From assembly GCA_023246355.1 (NCBI GenBank), contig JAHFIQ010000002.1:118229-182228 (forward strand): 64,000 nucleotides of DNA, read 5' to 3'. Position 1 is the first letter of the stretch. Each line of letters starts with the position of its first letter. The translations under genes and the position numbers were made by a program. This document shows, in pieces, positions 38,385-46,955 of the stretch. Below the pieces are notes generated by a model. That model saw only the letters and a program-made list of their open reading frames with translations. It had not been told where the DNA came from and made no database searches. Source of the stretch: Candidatus Uhrbacteria bacterium. GTDB lineage: Bacteria > Patescibacteriota > Patescibacteriia > UBA9934 > GWF2-40-263.

Positions 38385-39473
38385 TCAAGCGCGGGAGTAA
38401 AAATTTCCGCCGTGATGTCGCACCGCGCCTTTGATCTCAAGCATCGTGAGTGTGCTGCCAGCCTTGTGGGGTGGAAGCTGTGTGGCGCGGATGAGTTCAT
38501 CGATGTGGATCGGGGAGGTAGTCAGCCGATTCCATAGAGCGGTCTCTTCTTCACCACGCGGCTGGTAGGAATGTTCCACAGGGGCTGGAACGTCTTCCAG
38601 TCCAAACAGATCTTGTGCACAGGTCACCGGCGTTGCCCCAAGTTTGATGAGATTGTGAGGACCTTGTGATGTTTCAGAGTGAATGGAACCAGGCACTGCA
38701 TACACGTCCCGACCGCTCTCCAAGGCACAGCGTGCTGTGATAAGTGAACCTGATTTGAGTGCGGCTTCCACAACGAGCGTGCCGTTTGCGATGCCGGCGA
38801 TGATGCGGTTGCGGAACGGAAAATGTTGCTTGAGCGGATTTGTCCCAAGAGGAAATTCAGAGATGAGCGCGCCCCCTGATGCCAATATGCGGGATGCCAA
38901 TGCCCGGTTTTGCGAGGGGTAGATACTTTTGTCATCAACCCCTGAGCCCAAGACCGCGATGGTTGTTCCGTCCGTACTCAGGGTCGTATCATGGGCGATC
39001 GCATCGATTCCGTAAGCAAGTCCACTCACAATCACGACGCCGGCTTTCGACAGGGCGGTCACCATCTCTTGTGTCACCTGGATTCCGTACGCACTGGCTT
39101 TGCGAGAACCCACGACCGCGATGTGACGTTTTCCAGGATCTGGAAGTCTACCTCGCAAAAACAGCACGGCCGGGGCATCATAAATTTCTTTTAGGAGGGG
39201 TGGATAGATGTCATCCATGAGCGTCACCGCCTGCACGCCATGGATTTCAAGTTCACGCATGAGCGCTTCAGGATCGATGTGAATGCGTTCTTGCAAAAAC
39301 CGGCTGGCAATCTGTGGTTCGATACCAGCCTCCACCAGTTCTCCGGCTGAGGAGGTAAACGCGCGCTTCCCAGATCCAAAATGGCGCATGAGACGACTCA
39401 TGCGCACCGCGCCAAAGGAACGAAATTGGACGAGCGCCACCCAGTACGCTTTTTCTTCCGTAGACAAGTTCAC
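38385..39473 (-). CDS. dprA: DNA processing protein DprA/Smf
   Basis: Rossmann-like DprA core GSGVD...IISEFP...FPFRNRII. Confidence 0.9.
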   Translation of the reverse strand: MNLSTEEKAYWVALVQFRSFGAVRMSRLMRHFGSGKRAFTSSAGELVEAGIEPQIASRFLQERIHIDPEALMRELEIHGVQAVTLMDDIYPPLLKEIYDAPAVLFLRGRLPDPGKRHIAVVGSRKASAYGIQVTQEMVTALSKAGVVIVSGLAYGIDAIAHDTTLSTDGTTIAVLGSGVDDKSIYPSQNRALASRILASGGALISEFPLGTNPLKQHFPFRNRIIAGIANGTLVVEAALKSGSLITARCALESGRDVYAVPGSIHSETSQGPHNLIKLGATPVTCAQDLFGLEDVPAPVEHSYQPRGEEETALWNRLTTSPIHIDELIRATQLPPHKAGSTLTMLEIKGAVRHHGGNFYSRA

Positions 39474-40000
39474 AGAAAGGATTCGATTTTTTTGATGGCT
39501 TGTTCGATGATCGATGGAAGTTCAACGGTTTCTTTTTCGCTCCAGGCTTGCAGCACAAACGCATCCAGTGGCACGTCTTTATGTTCAGGTCGGCCAATGC
39601 CAATGCGCAGTCGAGCGATGGCCGTGTCTTTTGGAAACTGACTCAAGATTGATTCCATCCCGCGATGCCCAGCAGAGGAACCACTGGTCTTGAAGCGGAG
39701 ATCGCCAAACGCAAGATCCGCGTCGTCGTAGACCACGAAAAGCTCATCAGGTTTCACTGGATACTTTGCAAGAATTCCAGCCACGCTTTTACCGCTCACA
39801 TTCATAAAGGTCTGCGGTTTCACGAGCAGGATGCGTTTATCTTCCATCACGGCTTCAGCCACCTCAGCTTGAATGGCGCGCTTGGGTGCAAAGGCGGCAT
39901 CGAGTTTTTTTGTCAGGGCATCCACAACCAAGAACCCGACGTTGTGGCGTGTCTTCTCATATTCTTTTCCAGGGTTCCCAAGTCCGATAATGGCCTTCAT
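39470..40000 (-). CDS. pth: peptidyl-tRNA hydrolase
   Basis: MKAIIGLGNPGKEY..HNVGF. Confidence 0.92.
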   Translation of the reverse strand: MKAIIGLGNPGKEYEKTRHNVGFLVVDALTKKLDAAFAPKRAIQAEVAEAVMEDKRILLVKPQTFMNVSGKSVAGILAKYPVKPDELFVVYDDADLAFGDLRFKTSGSSAGHRGMESILSQFPKDTAIARLRIGIGRPEHKDVPLDAFVLQAWSEKETVELPSIIEQAIKKIESFL

Positions 40001-40002
40001 AG

Positions 40003-41367
40003 TTAGTCCGACACGGCACTCGCCAAACGAATGTCGATGGCAAGAGGCGTCCCTTCGAGTTTGAAATGTTCACGCAGTCGATTTTCCAAATAGCGAATGT
40101 AACTTTGGTTAAGCGTGTCCGTGCGCTTGGCTTTGATGATGAGATCAAACGTTGGTGGAGCATGGCGGACTTGCTTCATCCCAAGCACCTTGGGCGCCCA
40201 CGGACCATGGCCAACCACGGGAGCAAATTGATGCACAGCGATCTCTAAAAATTTTTTGAGCTTTTCTTGATCGATGTCGATGCTTCTATTTTTATTCACC
40301 GCGTCGATCGCGTCAAACAAGTTCTGCACGCGTTGCGTGGAAAGGGCACTCACAAAATGCACCGGCGCCCAGGCCAAGAACGGAAGGGAGGCGGCGATGT
40401 ATTCGCGGTATTGATTCATCGTGCCTGTTTCTTTGTCGTGGATGAGATCCCACTTGTTCACGACGATGAGCACGGCTGAACCTGAGTGCTTCAAAAATCC
40501 AGCTAGGACTTTTTCTTGCGTGCCGATTTTTTGTGTGGCATCCAGCACCAGCAGTGTCACATCAGCCAACTTTACCACGAGTTCATTGCGCTTCACCGCT
40601 TCGTGTTCGAGTCCTCCGGCTTTTCTCACCTTGGCATGTTTACGCATGCCGGCCGTGTCAATGAAAATGTATTTTTTTTCTCCGCGCTGAAACAAGGTGT
40701 CGTTTGGTTCACGCGTGGTGTGTTCGATGGGACTGGTAATAAATCGTTCCTCACCGATGAGCGCATTCAACAGTGTTGACTTGCCGACGTTTGGTTTTCC
40801 GATCACGGCAACTTTTGTGCCTTCCATTTTAAGAGGATCAACCGGCGGTCGACCGATGTCTTCCAGTTTTTCGTAGATCGCGTCCAGCAGATCGCCAACG
40901 CCGGTTCCTCGCGTAGCCGAGATGGGCAGCGGTTCAGGCAGTCCTGGAAAACGCCACATGGAATCGGAAACGCTCATACGCTCACTGGCTTTTTCTGCTT
41001 TGTTTCCAACGACGATGACCGGCTTGCCGGACTTGCGAAATCGGTCCGCGAGGGCGCGTTCTTCTGGAATGGTTCCTGCTTTCATGTCCAAGACGAACAA
41101 AAGCAAATCAGCCGTCTTCATCGCGATGTCGGCTTGCTTCACGATATTGCGTTCGATTTCGTCTTTCTGATTGACATCCAGTCCTCCGGTGTCGACCAAG
41201 CGTATGACGGTCCCGCGCCACAGACAATCTCCCTCGTTTCGGTCTCGGGTGGTTCCCGCGGTCGGAGAAACAAGCGCCTTCTGGGTTTCAAGAAGGCGAT
41301 TGAAAAGCGTTGATTTTCCGACATTTGTCCGGCCGACCAATGCGACGATGGGGAGAGAAGTAGACAT
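40003..41367 (-). CDS. der: ribosome-associated GTPase Der/EngA
   Basis: two GTPase domains (GRTNVGKST and GKPNVGKST) plus KH-like C-terminus. Confidence 0.92.
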   Translation of the reverse strand: MSTSLPIVALVGRTNVGKSTLFNRLLETQKALVSPTAGTTRDRNEGDCLWRGTVIRLVDTGGLDVNQKDEIERNIVKQADIAMKTADLLLFVLDMKAGTIPEERALADRFRKSGKPVIVVGNKAEKASERMSVSDSMWRFPGLPEPLPISATRGTGVGDLLDAIYEKLEDIGRPPVDPLKMEGTKVAVIGKPNVGKSTLLNALIGEERFITSPIEHTTREPNDTLFQRGEKKYIFIDTAGMRKHAKVRKAGGLEHEAVKRNELVVKLADVTLLVLDATQKIGTQEKVLAGFLKHSGSAVLIVVNKWDLIHDKETGTMNQYREYIAASLPFLAWAPVHFVSALSTQRVQNLFDAIDAVNKNRSIDIDQEKLKKFLEIAVHQFAPVVGHGPWAPKVLGMKQVRHAPPTFDLIIKAKRTDTLNQSYIRYLENRLREHFKLEGTPLAIDIRLASAVSD

Positions 41368-41397
41368 GCGAGAGTATTGTAAGGGTAATGGCTCGGA

Positions 41398-43566
41398 TTG
41401 ACAAAACAGGCTTTTTCACTGATACTCATCCTCTTGGTGAAAGCCAAGAAGTTCTTCACAACGGAGGTTCCCTTGAAGGCACTTCGTCCCTATCAGCAGG
41501 AAGCCTTCGACCTGGTTTGGAACCGGATTGAGGGCAAGAAAGAAACGCGAGCACTGGTTGTCCTGGCCACAGGCCTTGGCAAGACAGTTCTGGCTGCTGC
41601 ACTCGCGCGTCGTTGGTTTTCTGAGCGGACCGACCGCCTACTTTTCCTGGTCCATACGGTCGACATCGTACGTCAGGCTCGAAAGGAGTTCCGTGAGGTT
41701 CTCCACGAGCTCACGACGATTGGCATCCTGACAGGATCGGAAGCGGAAAATCTCGACGCACAGGTACTGTTCTCCACATTTCAGTCGATGCAGAATCGGC
41801 TGAAGACAGTGAAGCCAGATACGTTCGGATTCGTCATCGTCGACGAAGCCCATCATGGCCAAGCTGTCACGTACAAGGAGGTCATCGAGCACTTCACGCC
41901 CGAGTTTCTTCTAGGTATGACAGCCACGCCAGACCGCCACGATGGCGAGGATATCCGCGACATCTTCGGGCCCGAGCTCTGCGCCTTTCCCCTCCAGTGG
42001 GGCATCGTGGAAGGCTGGCTGTCACCTGTCGAGTATCGAGTGCTTGCGGACAATATCTCCATCATGCGCTTGAGGGAGCTCATTCGGCAGGCTCACGAGG
42101 GAGTGCGCGTCAGCCGCAAGTCGATTGACTCGACGATTTTCCTCCCGGAACGGACGGAGGTGATTGTCGATATTGTGCGAAACGCACAAGGCGGAGAGAA
42201 GCGCACCATCCTGTTCTGTCGTTCGATCGAGCATCTCAATCACGTCTTGGAGTTTTTTCCGGAGGCGCTCGCGTATCACTCGAAGATTCCGGAGACAGAA
42301 CTTCGGCGTCGGTACGACGATTTTCGGGAAGGACGTATCCAGACGCTCGCGACCATCGACATGTTCAACGAGGGGATCGACATCCCCGACGCGGAACTTC
42401 TTGTGTTCCTGAGAGCGACCGATTCCAGGCTGCTGTGGCTCCAGCAGTTGGGTCGAGGGCTCCATGGTACGAAGAAGGTTCTCGTTCTGGACTTTGTCGC
42501 CAACTGTGACCGAGTGAAGGCGGTTCAGGAGCTTGGTCTCACACCGACGATCCACACAGGTTCCTTGCCGGAATCGGTGACGATCGATGATCTCAACCTT
42601 CAGGTAACATTCACTGAAGAATTGAGAGACTTGTTGGGCCTGCTGGATTTCCTCGACATGGGGTTCTACGAGACCTACGAGGAAGCCCGCGCGGCGGTGG
42701 CGAAACTCAATCCGCCGTGGGATGGTCGTCTGATAGCGTGGTTCAAGAAGAACGCCCGTCGTGACCCGCGCATTCCCAGGACTCCCTGGAGTGTTTACGA
42801 GGGTAATGGGTGGGTGAGCATCAGGCACTTCTGCGATAGAGATTATTATCAAACTATCGGAGAGGCTATGTTGGCCGTTCAGGTACTCAACCCGCCGTGG
42901 GAGGGCAAACTTGACGAATGGTATCGCAGAGTCTACAAACTAGATCAACGTCTTCCTTCGGCTCCGTGGGAATACTATAGAGATAAAGGTTGGGTGAGCA
43001 TCAGGCACTTCTGTGGACGCGAGTTCTACACTCATGAGGAGGCTCGGAAGGCCATTGTCTGTCTTAACCCCCCGTGGGGAGAAGCTCTCAGTGCCTGGTA
43101 TAAGACGAACCGTCATCGCGACCCTCGACTGCCATCAACCCCTTCTCTGTACTATAGAGACAAAGGTTGGGTGAGCATCAGGCACTTCTGTGGACGCGAG
43201 TTCTACACTCATGAGGAGGCTCGGAAGGCCATTGTCTGTCTTAACCCCCCGTGGGGAGAAGATCTCAGCGCCTGGTATAAGACGAACCGTCATCGCGATT
43301 CTCAACTTCCTGGTAATCCATGGACAATTTACAAGAATAAAGGCTGGGTGAGCATCAGGCACTTCTGCGGTAGGGAGTTCTACCCGACTCTCAAAGAAGC
43401 GATGGTGGCCGTTCAGGCTCTCAATCCACCGCCGGATGGCAACATCTTAAGGTGGTATCTGAAAATCTATAAGAAAGATCCTCGTCTTCCCGCGTGTCCC
43501 TGGGAATACTACGCCGACAAAGGCTGGATCAGCTGGCCGCACTTCTGCGGACGCGAGAAGACCTAG
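41398..43566 (+). CDS. XPB/Rad25-like SF2 helicase with five C-terminal 59-aa tandem repeats
   Basis: LRPYQ, ATGLGKT, DEAH (VDEAHHG), MTATPDR, QQLGRGLHG; C-terminal repeats with NPPW and GWVSIRHFCGRE. Confidence 0.8.
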   Translation: MTKQAFSLILILLVKAKKFFTTEVPLKALRPYQQEAFDLVWNRIEGKKETRALVVLATGLGKTVLAAALARRWFSERTDRLLFLVHTVDIVRQARKEFREVLHELTTIGILTGSEAENLDAQVLFSTFQSMQNRLKTVKPDTFGFVIVDEAHHGQAVTYKEVIEHFTPEFLLGMTATPDRHDGEDIRDIFGPELCAFPLQWGIVEGWLSPVEYRVLADNISIMRLRELIRQAHEGVRVSRKSIDSTIFLPERTEVIVDIVRNAQGGEKRTILFCRSIEHLNHVLEFFPEALAYHSKIPETELRRRYDDFREGRIQTLATIDMFNEGIDIPDAELLVFLRATDSRLLWLQQLGRGLHGTKKVLVLDFVANCDRVKAVQELGLTPTIHTGSLPESVTIDDLNLQVTFTEELRDLLGLLDFLDMGFYETYEEARAAVAKLNPPWDGRLIAWFKKNARRDPRIPRTPWSVYEGNGWVSIRHFCDRDYYQTIGEAMLAVQVLNPPWEGKLDEWYRRVYKLDQRLPSAPWEYYRDKGWVSIRHFCGREFYTHEEARKAIVCLNPPWGEALSAWYKTNRHRDPRLPSTPSLYYRDKGWVSIRHFCGREFYTHEEARKAIVCLNPPWGEDLSAWYKTNRHRDSQLPGNPWTIYKNKGWVSIRHFCGREFYPTLKEAMVAVQALNPPPDGNILRWYLKIYKKDPRLPACPWEYYADKGWISWPHFCGREKT
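42973..43301 (+). repeat. 177-nt period tandem direct repeat inside helicase gene (two copies ~98% identical over ~150 nt)
   Basis: tactatagaga(t/c)aaaggttgggtgagcatcaggcacttctgtggacgcgagttctacactcatgagg... at 42973 and 43150. Confidence 0.9.
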
Positions 43567-43595
43567 CCCGACAGCAACTCGACGCAAACGCGTCA

Positions 43596-43625
43596 CGACC
43601 GGTTCTACAACGAACCGGTTTTAAA
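43596..43625 (+). terminator. rho-independent terminator after helicase gene
   Basis: accggttc-tacaac-gaaccggt followed by tttaaatt. Confidence 0.55.
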
Positions 43626-43626
43626 T

Positions 43627-43649
43627 TGGATATCACAGATTGTGATATC
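43627..43649. repeat. perfect palindrome ggatatcaca-gat-tgtgatatcc
   Basis: 10-bp arms, 3-nt centre. Confidence 0.6.
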
Positions 43650-43655
43650 CATAAC

Positions 43656-43679
43656 GAAAAACACCTCACAAGGAGGTGT
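43656..43679 (-). terminator. terminator for minus-strand HNH gene
   Basis: acacctc-acaag-gaggtgt hairpin with T-run on minus strand. Confidence 0.5.
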
Positions 43680-44001
43680 CGGTGTCGGGAAGCGTTGCTC
43701 CTTTTGCCTGGTTGCATTGTGAACAGGCGAGTTGGAGATTGTCGAAGGTGTCCCGGCCGCCCTTCGAGAGGGGGATGATGTGGTCTCGTGTTGCCTGGCG
43801 TGGGTCATCGTGGACCAGGTTCACTTGCTCCCCGCACAGCACGCACTTGCCGCCATACTTCCGGATGAGTTGCTTGATCTCCCACTTGTGTCGGTTGGCG
43901 TGCTCCTTTCCCAAAACGGGGTCGCCAGTAACTTCTCGTTGCGCTTGAGCGTGACGATCTTTCTTCGTATGGATTTTCCGCATGGGAGAATGACTGTGCA
44001 T
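43666..44001 (-). CDS. free-standing HNH endonuclease
   Basis: CVLCGE...HDDPRQATRDHIIPLSKGG...NLQLACSQCN; start ATG 44001 with GAGGG SD. Confidence 0.75.
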   Translation of the reverse strand: MHSHSPMRKIHTKKDRHAQAQREVTGDPVLGKEHANRHKWEIKQLIRKYGGKCVLCGEQVNLVHDDPRQATRDHIIPLSKGGRDTFDNLQLACSQCNQAKGATLPDTDTSL

Positions 44002-44089
44002 GAACCCTCTCAGGAGCAGTTCGAGAGTACAAAAAAAATGGCCATTTGTCAATGGTTTCATCTTGAGGTCTCAATTTATGAGTTCCAAT

Positions 44090-45796
44090 TTAGTTCCTCG
44101 CGAGTGAACTCGCGCTTTCACCCAAAATCACCAAAAAGTCTACATCGTCTTCTGTGGCGAGGGTTTCGTAGTCGTCGCTGGTGAGCGCGATTTCTTGGGG
44201 AACGACCTCTCCACTGTACAACCAGCCAGTGGCTGAGAGTGTGACATCAGCCTGCAGGAAGTCACTGAGGGCTTTTAATTCTGTCGCGTGTTGACCATCG
44301 GAGAGATCGTAGATGACCGTATGGGCAAAACCGCGCGTCGCCGCATTGCCAACCTTGGCCACGTCAAAGCCTTGGCCATCCAAGAGTTGAGAGGCGCGGA
44401 ACGCCAGACCTGTGATGTTGGTTCCGTTTTGAATTTCCACGCGAACGAATTTTGGTTTTTCCTCTGGGGCCGCGGCAAAGGTGTCACTCAGTTCATCATC
44501 AGGTGTGAAAATGTTATCCGCGATTCTCTGCAGCGGCGACCAGTCGTCGTTTTTAGGGAGCAGCAAGTACGCGCCGTTTAAGACCGTTGCGTACAGCGGG
44601 GAGGAATCAGAGGCGTCGATGACGTGGTGCGTGATACTTTCTGTGTCCAAGTCCTTGACCTGTTTGGCCAGGCGGACGATTTCCCAAGCGTCTAAGTTGG
44701 TGGCGATGTTATTTTTGAGGGTCGTCATCATTTTAGAAATACGGCTGGGGTTCAGAAACGTCGAAGCAGAAAGCACCGTGTCCTTCACAGCCAGGATGAC
44801 TTTTTGCTGACGCTTGGACCTGGCAAAGTCAGAACCCTCGCCGTTGTTGCCATGTCGTGAACGCACAAACTTGAGCGCGGTCTCCCCATCCATGTGTGTC
44901 CAACCTTCTGAGAACGTGATGGATTCAAATCGGCAGGAATAATCTGGGACGACTTCGACGGTGTTCATTTCGATGTCTGAAGAAGCTTCTGTTTCCGGAG
45001 TAACCTCTGGGTCTATTTCAAGAATCTGTGCAAGTTCACTCGGCTCTTCCGACACCTCTTCCACCTCTTCCACCTGTTCCACCTCATCTACCTCCTCAAA
45101 CCCGCACTCATCATATTCTCGTCCAAGCGTTGGGTAATCAGGATCTGTGAAGCTATTGTCCACGTAAATATCCACGCCGCCGATCGCGTCCACAAATTCG
45201 GCAAAGCCATCAAAGTCCACACGCAAGTAGTACTGGATGTCCTCATCGAGCACATCACCAATCACTTGGGAGGCGAGCGCTGGTCCGGAGCCTGGTTCAT
45301 CCATTTCGCCGTACGCATTTGCGTGGTTCACCTTGCTGTACCCGTAGCCGGGAATCGGAACACTCATGTCGCGAGGAAGGGACATCATGCCAATGGCACC
45401 GGTGGAGGGCTGGTAGCTGGCAAAAATAATCGTGTCTGAGAGTTGTGGACCATCATGGCCTTCTCCGCCGATGCCCATTAAAAGAACATTCACCCGGTCT
45501 TCATCTTCACCCTTGAGCTCACGACCTTGTGCGGTGACAAAATGTTTGATCGTGGAGACAAGAGAAAAATCCGGGAACGCGGTTGACTCGGTGGTGGAAC
45601 TGACTTGATACGAAAAAATCGCGCCTGCGGTTGCGGCGATGACGACGATGAGCGTCAAGTGGCGGCCAAAACCCCGGCCTGTAGGCTGAGTCGACCTCTG
45701 AGATCTCTGTGGGGCTTGATCGTCCGTGGACGAGGCGCGAGCTCGTCTGGCACGCAGCGTTTTTTGATGCAGGAGATCAATCTTCGGTCGTTCCAT
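44090..45796 (-). CDS. LytR-CpsA-Psr (LCP) family cell-envelope protein
   Basis: VNVLLMGIGGEGHDGPQLSDTIIF...SLPRD LCP core; start at ATG 45796 (track ORF to 46057 runs across tRNA-Val). Confidence 0.8.
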   Translation of the reverse strand: MERPKIDLLHQKTLRARRARASSTDDQAPQRSQRSTQPTGRGFGRHLTLIVVIAATAGAIFSYQVSSTTESTAFPDFSLVSTIKHFVTAQGRELKGEDEDRVNVLLMGIGGEGHDGPQLSDTIIFASYQPSTGAIGMMSLPRDMSVPIPGYGYSKVNHANAYGEMDEPGSGPALASQVIGDVLDEDIQYYLRVDFDGFAEFVDAIGGVDIYVDNSFTDPDYPTLGREYDECGFEEVDEVEQVEEVEEVSEEPSELAQILEIDPEVTPETEASSDIEMNTVEVVPDYSCRFESITFSEGWTHMDGETALKFVRSRHGNNGEGSDFARSKRQQKVILAVKDTVLSASTFLNPSRISKMMTTLKNNIATNLDAWEIVRLAKQVKDLDTESITHHVIDASDSSPLYATVLNGAYLLLPKNDDWSPLQRIADNIFTPDDELSDTFAAAPEEKPKFVRVEIQNGTNITGLAFRASQLLDGQGFDVAKVGNAATRGFAHTVIYDLSDGQHATELKALSDFLQADVTLSATGWLYSGEVVPQEIALTSDDYETLATEDDVDFLVILGESASSLARN

Positions 45797-45878
45797 AATG
45801 GTTAACGGTATTGTAGCGGGAGTGAGCAGAATCTTCAACCGAAAGAAAAACACCCAGAGAAGTCTCTGAGTGATTTTC

Positions 45879-45955
45879 TGGTGGGCGTGAGAGGGCTCGA
45901 ACCTCTGACCTCTGTCGTGTGAGGACAGCGCTCTGACCAACTGAGCTACACACCC
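45879..45955 (-). tRNA. tRNA-Val (CAC), CCA encoded
   Basis: GGGTGTGTAGCTCAGTTGGTCAGAGC...CTCACAC...GGTTCGAGCCC...CGCCCACCA. Confidence 0.88.
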
Positions 45956-46153
45956 TTGTGGAACTGTTCCCCAATGAGCGATCTTGGCTTTCACGGGGCC
46001 CCGCCACCACCTCAACGTAGTTTTCACTACGTCTCGGCGGCTGGCTTCCCCGTTCAAGCCAATCTCATCTCATTGGGAAACAGTTCCATTCTTTGCATCC
46101 TTATTAACGATGGGCAGGATACTCTAATCGTCTTTGAGCTGCAAGCGTTCTGG

Positions 46154-46201
46154 TTGACAAAAAGGCGAGTTAGGCATTCAATACCCATCCGTTCCTTACA
46201 A
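46154..46201 (+). promoter_or_regulatory. rnc promoter/leader: TTGACA-17-TTCAAT-2nt-CCATCCGTTCCTTACAA
   Basis: 17-nt motif identical to one upstream of hrpB-like gene with identical spacing. Confidence 0.5.
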
Positions 46202-46211
46202 ACGGGAGTCG

Positions 46212-46955
46212 ATGATGCTGACACCCAATCAGCTTGAGCGCGTAGCACAACTTGAAGAAAAACTTGGGGTAGAGTTTCGCAACAGACTGCTGCTCCACAT
46301 GGCGATCACGCATCGCTCGTACTTGAACGAACATCGTGAGGCCTTTTGGGACCACAACGAACGTTTGGAGTTTCTTGGAGACGCCATCATCGAGATGTGC
46401 GTGACTGAGTTTCTCTTTGATCATTACCCTGAAAGCTCGGAAGGAGAGTTGACTGAACGTCGCGCGGCACTCGTCAGCAGTTCAGCTCTGGCCCAAGTGG
46501 GTGGGATGCTGGGGCTCCCGGACATCCTCTATCTCTCCAACGGAGAAGCTCGGCTCGGACTGGAGGATCCAAAAACACGCAAGTACATGACCGCCTGTGG
46601 AGTTGAGGCGATCGTGGGTGCGGTCCACAAAGACCAGGGCATTGGCATGAATCGGATGGTCGTGGACCTGCTCATTCTCAGCCGGGCGGAGGAACTGTTT
46701 GCGCTGTACGCGGATCCCAAGTCCAAACTTCAGGAGCTTGTCCAACGACAACATGGTGTGACGCCTGAGTATCGGGTTCTCTCCGAGTCTGGGCCAGATC
46801 ACAACAGGCGTTTCAGGGTCGCAGTCTTTATGAACATCGTCCAATTGGGAATGGGCGAAGGCGACTCTGTAAAAGAAGCTCAAGTCGCTGCTGCCGACTT
46901 CGCATTGGCTCACCTTCCACAAGATGGGGTTTCGCATGCTCGCCACCAACAATAA
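46212..46955 (+). CDS. rnc: ribonuclease III
   Basis: ERLEFLGDAIIEM signature, dsRBD C-terminus. Confidence 0.9.
   Translation: MMLTPNQLERVAQLEEKLGVEFRNRLLLHMAITHRSYLNEHREAFWDHNERLEFLGDAIIEMCVTEFLFDHYPESSEGELTERRAALVSSSALAQVGGMLGLPDILYLSNGEARLGLEDPKTRKYMTACGVEAIVGAVHKDQGIGMNRMVVDLLILSRAEELFALYADPKSKLQELVQRQHGVTPEYRVLSESGPDHNRRFRVAVFMNIVQLGMGEGDSVKEAQVAAADFALAHLPQDGVSHARHQQ

Noticed and set aside
42973-43301. Possible CRISPR array or mobile-element repeat from the 177-nt direct repeats
   Set aside because: The repeats are in frame within a helicase gene, encode conserved protein units, and there are no spacer-like unique segments or cas genes
45797-46057. N-terminal 87 codons of track ORF 44090..46057
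   Set aside because: They read through tRNA-Val (45879-45955) and its flanks; the real LCP start is ATG 45796
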